Positions 18,067 through 26,062 of a stretch of 32,000 bases of DNA are shown one piece after another. This DNA is from Aliivibrio fischeri ES114. GTDB lineage: Bacteria > Pseudomonadota > Gammaproteobacteria > Enterobacterales > Vibrionaceae. Location of the stretch: the NCBI RefSeq assembly GCF_000011805.1, contig NC_006840.2; one strand, given 5' to 3'. The translations under genes and the position numbers were made by a program. Each line of letters begins with the position of its first letter. Within the stretch, counting starts at the first letter, position 1. The notes below the pieces were generated by a model that was not told the DNA's origin, did not search any database, and saw only the letters and a program-made list of their open reading frames with translations.

Positions 18067-18101
18067 AAAAGGGCTGATGCATTTTACATGCCAGCCCTTT
18101 T
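18067..18101 (-). terminator. Intrinsic terminator-like hairpin downstream of flrA
   Basis: On the reverse strand, AAAAGGGCTG-(15 nt)-CAGCCCTTTT is a 10-bp perfect stem, followed by GTTGTTTTGG. It lies about 100 nt after the flrA stop. Confidence 0.55.
18078..18093 (-). promoter_or_regulatory. Putative sigma54 promoter of flrBC
   Basis: The reverse strand reads TGGCATGTAAAATGCA, with GG/GC at canonical spacing, about 35 nt upstream of the ATG at 18043. It sits in the loop of the flrA terminator hairpin. Confidence 0.6.
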
Positions 18102-18201
18102 GGTATTTATTATCAATAACTTACACTGCACATGTAAGCTTGACGGTCAAATTTTTGTCATTTAAATTAGTGAAACGTTATCTCTTTTTGACTAAAGAGT
18201 A

Positions 18202-19683
18202 TTAACGCATATCATCTTTATTTAAATTATATTTACGCATTTTCTCAACAAGAGTAGTACGACGCATACCTAACATGTCAGCTGCTCGTGCAACAACACC
18301 ATTTTGCGCTTCAAGTGCTTGGCATATCATATTAACTTCAACTTCAGCTAACATCTCTTTCAGATTTAAACCATCTTCTGGTAAATCATTCGATGTTGGT
18401 CCTGCGTTTTGCATTCCTTGTTGAGGAATACCACCATCACTAAAGTTAGCAAACATGTCAGCTAATGCCGCTTGTTCTTGCTCTTCAATTGATTGCTGAT
18501 TGTAATTCTCAGGTTGGAACTCTGGAATATCACTATAACGATACTTCGTTGGTAAGTGATTTACGTCCACCGATTCCCCAGGGAATAAGATCATCAAACG
18601 CTCAATTAAGTTTGCTAATTCACGTACGTTACCAGGCCAATGGTGTTCCATTAACGAGTTAACGGCACGAGGAGTTAGTCGTACACGTGTACTGCCTTCA
18701 GCTTCCATTCTTGCTAATAACTCTTGCAGCAACAAAGGAATATCTTGCTTACGTTCACGTAATGCTGGCATTTCAATTGGGAAAACATTTAAACGATAAT
18801 ACAGATCTTCACGGAATGTGCCTTTCTCTATCATCTCATCTAAATTACGGTGCGTCGCAGCAACAATACGAACATCTGCACGAATACTTTGATTGCCGCC
18901 TACACGCTCAAAACAACGCTCTTGAAGAACACGAAGTAATTTCACCTGCATCGGCATTGGCATATCACCAATTTCATCTAAAAATAACGTACCGCCTTGC
19001 GCAAGTTCAAAGCGACCTTTACGTGCAGTAATTGCACCAGTAAACGCCCCTTTCTCATGGCCAAACAGTTCACTTTCTAGAAGATCTGGTGGGATTGCAC
19101 CACAGTTAACCGGAACAAATGGTCCTTTACGGCGTGGCGAATGATAGTGCAAGTTACGTGCAACTACTTCTTTACCCGTACCCGATTCACCCAAAACCAA
19201 TACACTTGCTTCTGTACCTGAAACTTGTTCAATTAAATGGCGAACAGTACTAATAGCTGTACTTTGTCCAACCATACTACGGAATAACGTATTTTTACGG
19301 CCTAGGTGGGGTACTTCTAACCCACGACGACCCATAAATTCTTGGCAATGACGTAACGCATCGGTTAATTGAGGATAATTAACTGGTTGATTCAGTTCAC
19401 CTACATAGTTTGTCAATTCCTCAACATCATGCATAGCCCCCGCAAGCATAATGACTGGAATATGATTATGTACAACTAATGAACTTTTGATTATATCTTT
19501 CAGCGCTTGGTCAGAAACTTGACCTAAAAAACAAGCACTCCATGGCTCACTCCACTCAAAAGTAGACAATTCTGAAGCTGAAATGGCATGACAATGTTCA
19601 CCGATAAACTCAAGGATCACCTTAAGATTATGACGGCTCTGAGCATCATCTTCAATAATAAGAGTCTTTGCTAAACCTTGCAT
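18202..19683 (-). CDS. flrA: Sigma54-dependent flagellar master regulator FlrA (FleQ family)
   Basis: 493 aa. The FleQ-type N-terminal domain lacks a clear phospho-acceptor context. The AAA+ domain has Walker A GESGTGKE and GAFTGA, and there is a C-terminal HTH. The LFRS motif (R135) and the post-Walker-A R176-N177 are present. Confidence 0.95.
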   Translation of the reverse strand: MQGLAKTLIIEDDAQSRHNLKVILEFIGEHCHAISASELSTFEWSEPWSACFLGQVSDQALKDIIKSSLVVHNHIPVIMLAGAMHDVEELTNYVGELNQPVNYPQLTDALRHCQEFMGRRGLEVPHLGRKNTLFRSMVGQSTAISTVRHLIEQVSGTEASVLVLGESGTGKEVVARNLHYHSPRRKGPFVPVNCGAIPPDLLESELFGHEKGAFTGAITARKGRFELAQGGTLFLDEIGDMPMPMQVKLLRVLQERCFERVGGNQSIRADVRIVAATHRNLDEMIEKGTFREDLYYRLNVFPIEMPALRERKQDIPLLLQELLARMEAEGSTRVRLTPRAVNSLMEHHWPGNVRELANLIERLMILFPGESVDVNHLPTKYRYSDIPEFQPENYNQQSIEEQEQAALADMFANFSDGGIPQQGMQNAGPTSNDLPEDGLNLKEMLAEVEVNMICQALEAQNGVVARAADMLGMRRTTLVEKMRKYNLNKDDMR

Positions 19684-19755
19684 AGATGTGGATATGCCTT
19701 AATTCTTTGATTTATGTGGTCTATTCATTGAACAGCAACGAAATATTGCCCACAT

Positions 19756-19764
19756 ATTATAGCA
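19756..19764 (-). promoter_or_regulatory. Possible extended -10 (TGCTATAAT) sigma70 promoter of flrA
   Basis: The reverse strand reads TGcTATAAT, about 73 nt upstream of the flrA ATG. No good -35 is present, which is tolerated by extended -10 promoters. Confidence 0.35.
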
Positions 19765-19783
19765 TAAGAAAAATAAGGCAACT

Positions 19784-19809
19784 ATGACTGTCTACTTATC
19801 GACAGTCAT
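19784..19809. promoter_or_regulatory. Perfect 9-bp inverted repeat ATGACTGTC-N8-GACAGTCAT between fliS and flrA
   Basis: Read directly. It lies just upstream of the candidate flrA -10 and about 63 nt downstream of the fliS stop. It could be an operator or a hairpin terminator without an adjacent T-tract. Confidence 0.45.
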
Positions 19810-19871
19810 GTTGTAAATGAGAGGTTAGTATAAAAATCGAAAAATAAATTTGATTTATAAAATCGGTTTAA

Positions 19872-20282
19872 TTAGATACCAACTTGATCTGCGGTAAGGT
19901 TATGAAATTCTGCAGGAATTTGATCCCAAGCTGATTTGATTTCACGTAACATTTCTACGACGTCATCAATAGCTTGACCATCATTATTTTGGTTAGCGTG
20001 TGAAATTTGGCGGATCATAAAATCGTATAAAGAATCTAGGTTACTTGCAATTTCACCACCATCGTCCATTGATAGACATGAACGTAGACTGATAACGATG
20101 TCTAATGCCTTGCCAAGACGCTCGCCTTTAACTGGTGTGTTGCCTTGTTCCATGGCAGCTTTACCTTGGATTAAACGCTCAATAGCTCCAGCCATCAGCA
20201 TTTGAATTACCTTATGAGGTGATGCAGCACTTAATTGGCTATCAATTGATACCTTTTTATATGCCTGTAGTGAACCTCTCAT
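19872..20282 (-). CDS. fliS: Flagellin-specific export chaperone FliS
   Basis: 136 aa with typical FliS sequence (..AYKKVSIDSQLSAASPHKVIQMLMAGAIERL..), in the conserved position after fliD/flaI. Confidence 0.94.
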   Translation of the reverse strand: MRGSLQAYKKVSIDSQLSAASPHKVIQMLMAGAIERLIQGKAAMEQGNTPVKGERLGKALDIVISLRSCLSMDDGGEIASNLDSLYDFMIRQISHANQNNDGQAIDDVVEMLREIKSAWDQIPAEFHNLTADQVGI

Positions 20283-20297
20283 CGTATTTCCTCAGTT

Positions 20298-20588
20298 TTA
20301 TTGAAATTTTCTATACAACTGAACCGATTTCTTCGCATGATTCAGTTTTTGATAATCAAGTGCAAATTGCTGCCCTAACTCTGTCATCTCTTCAACAATG
20401 AGTTGGGTTCGTGCAATTGCGAGTTGCCATTCAGTGGATGCCACTATTTCTGACGCTTGCATACATGCATGCAAGAGTTGTTCCCGATTTGCTAAAAAAG
20501 TAGCCAATTGTTCAAAATTAATATCTTCACTACGATATTGTTTTTGCAACTCTTGGTCTAATACTTCTAATTGCTTTAGTAATTCCAT
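20298..20588 (-). CDS. flaI: Small helical flagellar protein FlaI (FliT-like chaperone candidate)
   Basis: 96 aa, predicted all-helical by composition. It lies between fliD and fliS, exactly where Vibrio flaI is found. The identification is positional rather than motif based. Confidence 0.7.
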   Translation of the reverse strand: MELLKQLEVLDQELQKQYRSEDINFEQLATFLANREQLLHACMQASEIVASTEWQLAIARTQLIVEEMTELGQQFALDYQKLNHAKKSVQLYRKFQ

Positions 20589-20619
20589 CGGTAACCTCTA
20601 TACCAGTAACAAGGTTGCA

Positions 20620-22590
20620 TTAACCCAACGCATTCATCATACCTGATAACTGCGCTTTCATTTTTCCGGTTACATCTTGCATATTGGCAAATTTATTACG
20701 CGTACGCTCTTGAAGACTTTCCATTCGGCGATCTAAATCCACCTGCTGATCATTAAGGCGATAATTTTGATCTCGCATCGTATTCATTCGTGTACGGATT
20801 GGACCACTCACCCCTGTCATGCTTTGAATAACGTCTTCAACCTTTTTAGCAAAACCTTTTGAACCACCAAAGAAAGTATGCAACTGACTGAAATTTTCAT
20901 TCAATTGACGATCTAACATTGATTGATTAATTTCAAGAGTGCCTTGTCGAGTCGTTGAAATACCAAGCTCTATCAGTGTTTTTATTCCTGTAGGAGCCGA
21001 TTCAACTGGCGCTACAAATACAGATTTTAAGCGAGACTCAGCCGAACGTACGACACTATCTCCGGCAAGTGGACCACTTTGACCTGTTGCCGGATCAAAG
21101 CCACTTAATGCCTTGGTGGTTTCATAGAACTGATTGTAAGTATTTACAAATTGTTCGATAGCAGCTTTTACAGTATCTCTATCAAACTGCACATCTAAAT
21201 CGATGCGTTTGCTTGCTTCTGCTGTTGTACCTTTTAAAGTGATATCAACACCTTGAACCGCGTCTTGAATTACATTGGTGTCACTGCTTATTCTTGCAAC
21301 ACCATCCAAGACCACTTTCGCACTACTTGCCGATTGAACTTCCTGAAGACCAGAATATAAAGGTTTGCGTGGACCTTCTGGTTTAATTGTCTCCACAACC
21401 TTTTCAATCGGTTCTAATTTTTCTTTTGCTATTTCTTTAATTGTTGGCGGCAGTTTTTCTACTTTTTCTTTTGCTATATCAACAATTTCTTTTTTCGGTG
21501 CTTCTTTCTGAGGCGCTTCATAAGTAATGCCAGCAGCTTGGAAAACCGTATCTGGCGTTTGTCCAATTTCTGCAAGCGCTTCAGCTGCATCTTGATCGCC
21601 TTGCTTTGCCGCTTTAGCTAATTCAATCTTTTCATCTTCATTTGGAAGTGCCGCTTGCAGTGTTCCTGCAGTACGCTCACTCCACCCTGACATGCCAGAT
21701 GTTGGATCGGTTGGATCTTCTAACGTCGCTAATGCCGCTGTTGCTTCTTGCTGCATCATGATTTCTTTAGCTGCTTTTTCTTCACGAGCTAATTCACGAT
21801 TGGCATAATCAATCAAAGGTTTAAAGTAAGCGTATTTTTCTTCGTCACTCAGCTCTGGTACTTCTTGCTCTGTAATTGGCTCACGAACTTGTTGAGCGGC
21901 AACTTCAGGCACTTGCTGATATTGAAGCAATGTTGGAATATCAAATTTTGTTGATACCGTTGGATCAAAGTCAGGGTTAAACGCAAATCGATGCAATTGG
22001 TTATTGTATTTTGCATCAACTTCAATTTTAACTTTATTACTTTCGCCAGGCTTATCAGATGCGAGAATTAAACGAGAGCCACCATCGTCTTTTACGATAG
22101 AAGCTTGCACACCTGGGTTTGAAGGTGCACTGTTAATCTGTTTTAAAATGTCAGTAATTTTATTATTTTGGCCGACAACATCTATAGTAAATGATTTCTT
22201 ACCTAGCGATATTTCTAATTTACCTGGGCCAAATTTAGCATCATCACGAATAGGAGACGATGCTAGCTTTTGAGCTTGAGCAAGTTGTAAAACGTCAATA
22301 GTATAACGACCAGCAAGTGCATCAGGGCTCGCCGTAGCACTAACTACATCTTCATCACTACTTGAGATAGTTCTCGATGCAAATGTGTCGTCTTGACGGA
22401 AAGTCGTCATAAGATTCTTCATGGTATCTAATGATTCTTGCAGACGGCCGTAACCACTAATATTAGTATCTATGTCTGAACGTTCACGGTCGATGCGCTG
22501 CTGCTTAGGTAAGCGCTCGCTTTCAACTATTTTGCTCACCATAGAATTAATATCTAGGCCACCACCCATCCCCATCGGGCTAACACTCAT
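20620..22590 (-). CDS. fliD: Flagellar filament cap protein FliD
   Basis: 656 aa with conserved N-terminal (..GGLDINSMVSKIVESERLPKQQRIDRERSDIDTNISGYGRL..) and C-terminal (..NKFANMQDVTGKMKAQLSGMMNAL) FliD heptad regions. The central region is large and charged. Confidence 0.95.
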   Translation of the reverse strand: MSVSPMGMGGGLDINSMVSKIVESERLPKQQRIDRERSDIDTNISGYGRLQESLDTMKNLMTTFRQDDTFASRTISSSDEDVVSATASPDALAGRYTIDVLQLAQAQKLASSPIRDDAKFGPGKLEISLGKKSFTIDVVGQNNKITDILKQINSAPSNPGVQASIVKDDGGSRLILASDKPGESNKVKIEVDAKYNNQLHRFAFNPDFDPTVSTKFDIPTLLQYQQVPEVAAQQVREPITEQEVPELSDEEKYAYFKPLIDYANRELAREEKAAKEIMMQQEATAALATLEDPTDPTSGMSGWSERTAGTLQAALPNEDEKIELAKAAKQGDQDAAEALAEIGQTPDTVFQAAGITYEAPQKEAPKKEIVDIAKEKVEKLPPTIKEIAKEKLEPIEKVVETIKPEGPRKPLYSGLQEVQSASSAKVVLDGVARISSDTNVIQDAVQGVDITLKGTTAEASKRIDLDVQFDRDTVKAAIEQFVNTYNQFYETTKALSGFDPATGQSGPLAGDSVVRSAESRLKSVFVAPVESAPTGIKTLIELGISTTRQGTLEINQSMLDRQLNENFSQLHTFFGGSKGFAKKVEDVIQSMTGVSGPIRTRMNTMRDQNYRLNDQQVDLDRRMESLQERTRNKFANMQDVTGKMKAQLSGMMNALG

Positions 22591-22614
22591 GAATCGCTTT
22601 CCTCAATTAACGGT

Positions 22615-23034
22615 TTAAATCCTCTCAGCTATCAATCCAGATGCACTGGCAGCTAAATCTCTAGCAACTTCCAACATCTTTTCATCGGGAATTTGTCGAA
22701 TGATATCACCGCTGCTGACTTCAAAAACGGTAATAACCTGCCGCCCTGACTCTTCATCTAGGCGAAACGATAATCCTCGATCCATGCTTTTAACGTATTC
22801 ATTAAGCTCTTCTACTGCTTTATGAAGTGCTTCTTTCTTTTTCGTTTCAAGCTTTTGTTCTGCTTCTGCAACAATGGCTTCGCTAGCGGTTAAAGGTTCT
22901 GTGCCTTCAATAAGCGATGCTTTGTTATCTACATAAACAGATGATGTTGGTTGCACATTAGAACTAGCAATTTGCGTGCCGTTATTTGAAGGGGGTGTGG
23001 AGTGGATTGTTGAAGATACAAATGATGAATCCAT
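22615..23034 (-). CDS. flaG: Flagellar protein FlaG
   Basis: 139 aa with the FlaG-type C-terminal domain (..LSFRLDEESGRQVITVFEVSSGDIIRQIPDEKMLEVARDL..) and a strong RBS (AGGAGG). It lies between the flagellins and fliD. Confidence 0.92.
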   Translation of the reverse strand: MDSSFVSSTIHSTPPSNNGTQIASSNVQPTSSVYVDNKASLIEGTEPLTASEAIVAEAEQKLETKKKEALHKAVEELNEYVKSMDRGLSFRLDEESGRQVITVFEVSSGDIIRQIPDEKMLEVARDLAASASGLIAERI

Positions 23035-23053
23035 AGTATTTTCCTCCTAATAC

Positions 23054-23086
23054 GAAAAAAGACAGCAAGAGGAGCGGTCCTGCTGT
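23054..23086 (-). terminator. Intrinsic terminator after the last flagellin gene
   Basis: The reverse strand reads GACAGCA-(13 nt)-TGCTGTC followed by TTTTTT. It ends about 20 nt before the flaG ATG. Confidence 0.65.
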
Positions 23087-23157
23087 CATATTTCAGTAAG
23101 TGGGTAGACGATGAAGCCGCCCACCTACCTATTTTAGTATTATCAATTAATCAACGA

Positions 23158-24294
23158 TTAACGTAATAGACCTAGAGCAGCGTTTGGCGCTTGCTTAGCT
23201 TGAGCAAGGATAGAAGAACTTGCTTGCTGTAGGATTTGAGACTTAGTCATTTCAGTTGTTTCTTTCGCGAAATCAACGTCTTTGATTTGGCTCTTAGAAG
23301 CAGAAACGTTTTCGTTAATGTTGTCTAAGTTGCTGATTGTGTGACCCATACGGTTTTGAGCAGCACCTAGCTCAGAACGGTGGCTATCAACAAATTTCAT
23401 TGCTGCGTCAACAACTGCTACTGCGTTTTGAGAACCAGCAACTGTAGTTACGTCGATGTTGCCAACAGTTTTGTTTGCAACTTCAGCATCAGCCATACCA
23501 GTTTCTTTAGCTAGAGCACCAGAGAAGCTGATTTCGCCTTCTGCAACGTCTTTAGCTGCGAATACTTGTAGTTTGCCATCTTCGCCAACAGAAGCGCTAA
23601 CTTTGTCAGTTTGACCGTTGATGTATGTTGCAACTTCTTCGATATCGTCGCCAGCTTTAGCGTTGATTTCGATAGCTTGCTCTTCACCATTCTTATCAGC
23701 GATTGTGATAGTCATGTTTGCGTCTTTACCAGCAGTCCAACCAGCAGCAACACCTTCAGAAGCTGTGAATGTTTTACCACCCATGTTTGCTTCGTCTGCA
23801 CGTAGGTTGTTTAGAGTAAGCATTACTGCTTCACCTGAATCAGCACCAACTTGGAAAGATTTAGTACCGAAGTTACCGTTAAGTAGACGTGTGCCACCGA
23901 AAGAAGTTGTTTCAGCGATACGGTTCATTTCGTCAGAAAGAGCCGTAACTTCTTGTTGGATCGCTTGACGGTCAGCGTCAGTGTTTGAACCATTTGACGA
24001 TTGCAGTGCTAGGTCACGTACACGAGAAAGGATGTTTGAAGTCTCTTTCATTGCGCCTTCAGCAGTTTGCATCATAGAGATGCCGTCGTTTGCGTTACGA
24101 ACCGCTACGTCTAGACCACGAGTTTGCGTGTTTAGACGGTTAGAGATTTGTAGACCAGCTGCGTCATCTTTAGCACTGTTGATTTTGCTACCAGATGATA
24201 GACGTTCCATAGATTGGTTAACGCCGTCAGTTGCGCTGTTTAAGTAACGCTGTGCAGTCATTGCTGATACGTTAGTATTTACTGTAATAGACAT
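23158..24294 (-). CDS. flaE: Flagellin, fifth copy of the tandem array (start trimmed to the conserved [18 protein letters not shown])
   Basis: Conserved flagellin N- and C-terminal domains (..SAMTAQRYL.., ..[17 protein letters not shown]). AGGAGA lies 7 nt upstream of the ATG at 24294. The track's 20-codon N-terminal extension is non-homologous read-through. The symbol is positional only, by analogy with the Aliivibrio flaABCDE locus. Confidence 0.93.
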   Translation of the reverse strand: MSITVNTNVSAMTAQRYLNSATDGVNQSMERLSSGSKINSAKDDAAGLQISNRLNTQTRGLDVAVRNANDGISMMQTAEGAMKETSNILSRVRDLALQSSNGSNTDADRQAIQQEVTALSDEMNRIAETTSFGGTRLLNGNFGTKSFQVGADSGEAVMLTLNNLRADEANMGGKTFTASEGVAAGWTAGKDANMTITIADKNGEEQAIEINAKAGDDIEEVATYINGQTDKVSASVGEDGKLQVFAAKDVAEGEISFSGALAKETGMADAEVANKTVGNIDVTTVAGSQNAVAVVDAAMKFVDSHRSELGAAQNRMGHTISNLDNINENVSASKSQIKDVDFAKETTEMTKSQILQQASSSILAQAKQAPNAALGLLR

Positions 24295-24539
24295 AAATAG
24301 ATCTCCTAAGGGAAAGTGCAATGGTGGTTTGGTCTCATCCTCCGCCCCAGCCATTGTTTCTCACATATATTTAAAAGCGTATCTCTATATACTTTGTAGA
24401 CTCTCACCTCTACAAAATACATCGCCGAGATAGCCTAAGTTTAATTTTTATAAAGTAAGTCAGACTCACTTATAACCTGTTGGGATTGAACTTTGCAGAT
24501 GGCATAAGCTCACATTCTCACAAGTGTTTACTATGCTGA

Positions 24540-25667
24540 TTAGCCCAACAGGCCTAATGCTGCATTTGGTGCCTGCTTAGCTTGAGCAAGGATAGACGAG
24601 CTCGCTTGTTGCAGGATTTGAGATTTCGTCATTGCTGTCGTTTCTTTAGCAAAATCAACATCTTTGATTTGGCTGTTAGACGCATTCACGTTCTCGTTAA
24701 TGTTTTCTAAGTTGTTAATAGCGTGGTTGAAACGGTTTTGGAAAGCACCTAAATCAGCACGGTTTGAATCAACGTATTGCATTGCTGAATCAAGAATTGC
24801 TACCGCTTTTTGTGAACCACCAACGGTTGTTACATCGATGCTCTTAACTGTGTCAGATACTTTATTACCCATACCCAGTTCGTTGCTTAATGAACCACTG
24901 AATTCAATATCAGTTGCATCTGCTGCTGCAAAAATTTGTAATTTGCCGTCTTCAGTTACAGAAGCGTTTACAGCATCGCTTTGACCATTGATGTAAGTTG
25001 CTACTTCTTCAATATCGTCACCAGCTTTTGCATTGATAGTGATGTTTTGTTCTTCACCTTTGCTATCAACAAAGTTCATTGTTAATTCTGTATTTTCAGC
25101 ACCCACTTTCCAGTTTGAATCTTTACCTTCAGTCGCTGAGTAAGTAGAACCACCCATCGCTGTTGTATCAGAGCGCATGTTGTTCAGAGTAAGCATTACC
25201 GCTTCACCTGAATCTGAACCGATTTGGAAAGATTTAGTACCGAACTGGCCGTTAAGTAGGCGTGAGCCACCGAACGATGTTGTTTCTGCAATACGGTTTA
25301 ATTCGTCATTCAAAGCAACCACTTCTTCTTGAATCGCTGTACGGTCTGCATGTGTATTTGAACCGTTAGCTGATTGAAGTGATAAATCACGCATACGTTG
25401 AAGGATGTTCGTTGTTTCGTTCATCGCACCTTCAGCAGTTTGCGCCATTGAGATACCATCATTTGCATTTCGAACTGCAACATCTAAACCACGAGTTTGA
25501 GACGTTAGGCGGTTTGAAATTTGTAGACCCGCTGCATCATCTTTAGCACTGTTAATTTTAAGACCTGAAGACAAACGCTCCATTGAGCTGTTTAGGTCGT
25601 TAGTTGCGTTGCTTAGGTAACGCTGTGCTGTCATTGCTGATACGTTTGTGTTTACATTGATAGACAT
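24540..25667 (-). CDS. flaD: Flagellin, fourth copy
   Basis: 375 aa with conserved flagellin termini. The symbol is positional only. Confidence 0.93.
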   Translation of the reverse strand: MSINVNTNVSAMTAQRYLSNATNDLNSSMERLSSGLKINSAKDDAAGLQISNRLTSQTRGLDVAVRNANDGISMAQTAEGAMNETTNILQRMRDLSLQSANGSNTHADRTAIQEEVVALNDELNRIAETTSFGGSRLLNGQFGTKSFQIGSDSGEAVMLTLNNMRSDTTAMGGSTYSATEGKDSNWKVGAENTELTMNFVDSKGEEQNITINAKAGDDIEEVATYINGQSDAVNASVTEDGKLQIFAAADATDIEFSGSLSNELGMGNKVSDTVKSIDVTTVGGSQKAVAILDSAMQYVDSNRADLGAFQNRFNHAINNLENINENVNASNSQIKDVDFAKETTAMTKSQILQQASSSILAQAKQAPNAALGLLG

Positions 25668-25744
25668 AATTTATTTCTCCACTTTGGTTCCGAATCACTC
25701 CGCTCCTGGACCGGTAACCGTATTGTTCATCGTTGATACTTAAC

Positions 25745-25771
25745 TTAGCGACCTACTTTCAAATTACTTTA
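25745..25771 (-). promoter_or_regulatory. Putative sigma28 promoter (proximal) of the flagellin at 24540-25667
   Basis: The reverse strand reads TAAAG-N14-GTCGCTAA (consensus TAAAG-N14-GCCGATAA), about 78 nt upstream of the ATG. Confidence 0.6.
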
Positions 25772-25850
25772 GAAAAACTTTTAATTTTTTAAGCTTTTCT
25801 TTTTTAAGAATTTTTCAGCTTTTTCTTAGTCGCTGTGCCTTGTAATTAAG

Positions 25851-25877
25851 TTATCGCTCGCAATCGGAAACTCTTTA
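25851..25877 (-). promoter_or_regulatory. Putative second (distal) sigma28 promoter of the same flagellin
   Basis: The reverse strand reads TAAAG-N14-AGCGATAA, 106 bp upstream of the proximal promoter. Confidence 0.45.
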
Positions 25878-25980
25878 GAGAAAAATGCAAAAAAAACGAA
25901 AATAATTTAAATTCCAGATAAAATGTGAGGAAAATCACCTAATTTAGAGGGAAATAGATATTTATTGATGGTTTTATAAA

Positions 25981-26007
25981 CAAAAAAAGCCGAGGCAAGC
26001 CCCGGCT
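25981..26007 (-). terminator. Intrinsic terminator after the flagellin at 26063-27196
   Basis: The reverse strand reads AGCCGGGG-cttg-CCTCGGCT (GC-rich stem with one mismatch) followed by TTTTTTTG. Confidence 0.75.
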
Positions 26008-26062
26008 TTGGCATAGTGTGAGAGCACTATTACCTTAGAAGTTGTTTAAATCGCCTAATAAA

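Noticed and set aside
18044-18082. 13-codon N-terminal extension of FlrB (MHQPFCCFGGNKI)
   Set aside because: It would start inside the sigma54 -12 element and the terminator stem, upstream of the predicted TSS. The internal ATG at 18043 is preferred.
23108-23124. GG-N10-GC match (AGGTAGGTGGGCGGCT) upstream of flaG as a sigma54 promoter
   Set aside because: Only the four invariant bases match and the flanking consensus is absent. It also lies upstream of a terminator. It is too weak to annotate.
24295-24354. 20-codon N-terminal extension of the flagellin ORF (a similar 23-codon extension lies at 27197-27265)
   Set aside because: All flagellins start at the conserved M-S/A-I/V[15 protein letters not shown] with a good SD 7 nt upstream. 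The extensions run through leader or hairpin sequence and are not homologous between paralogs.
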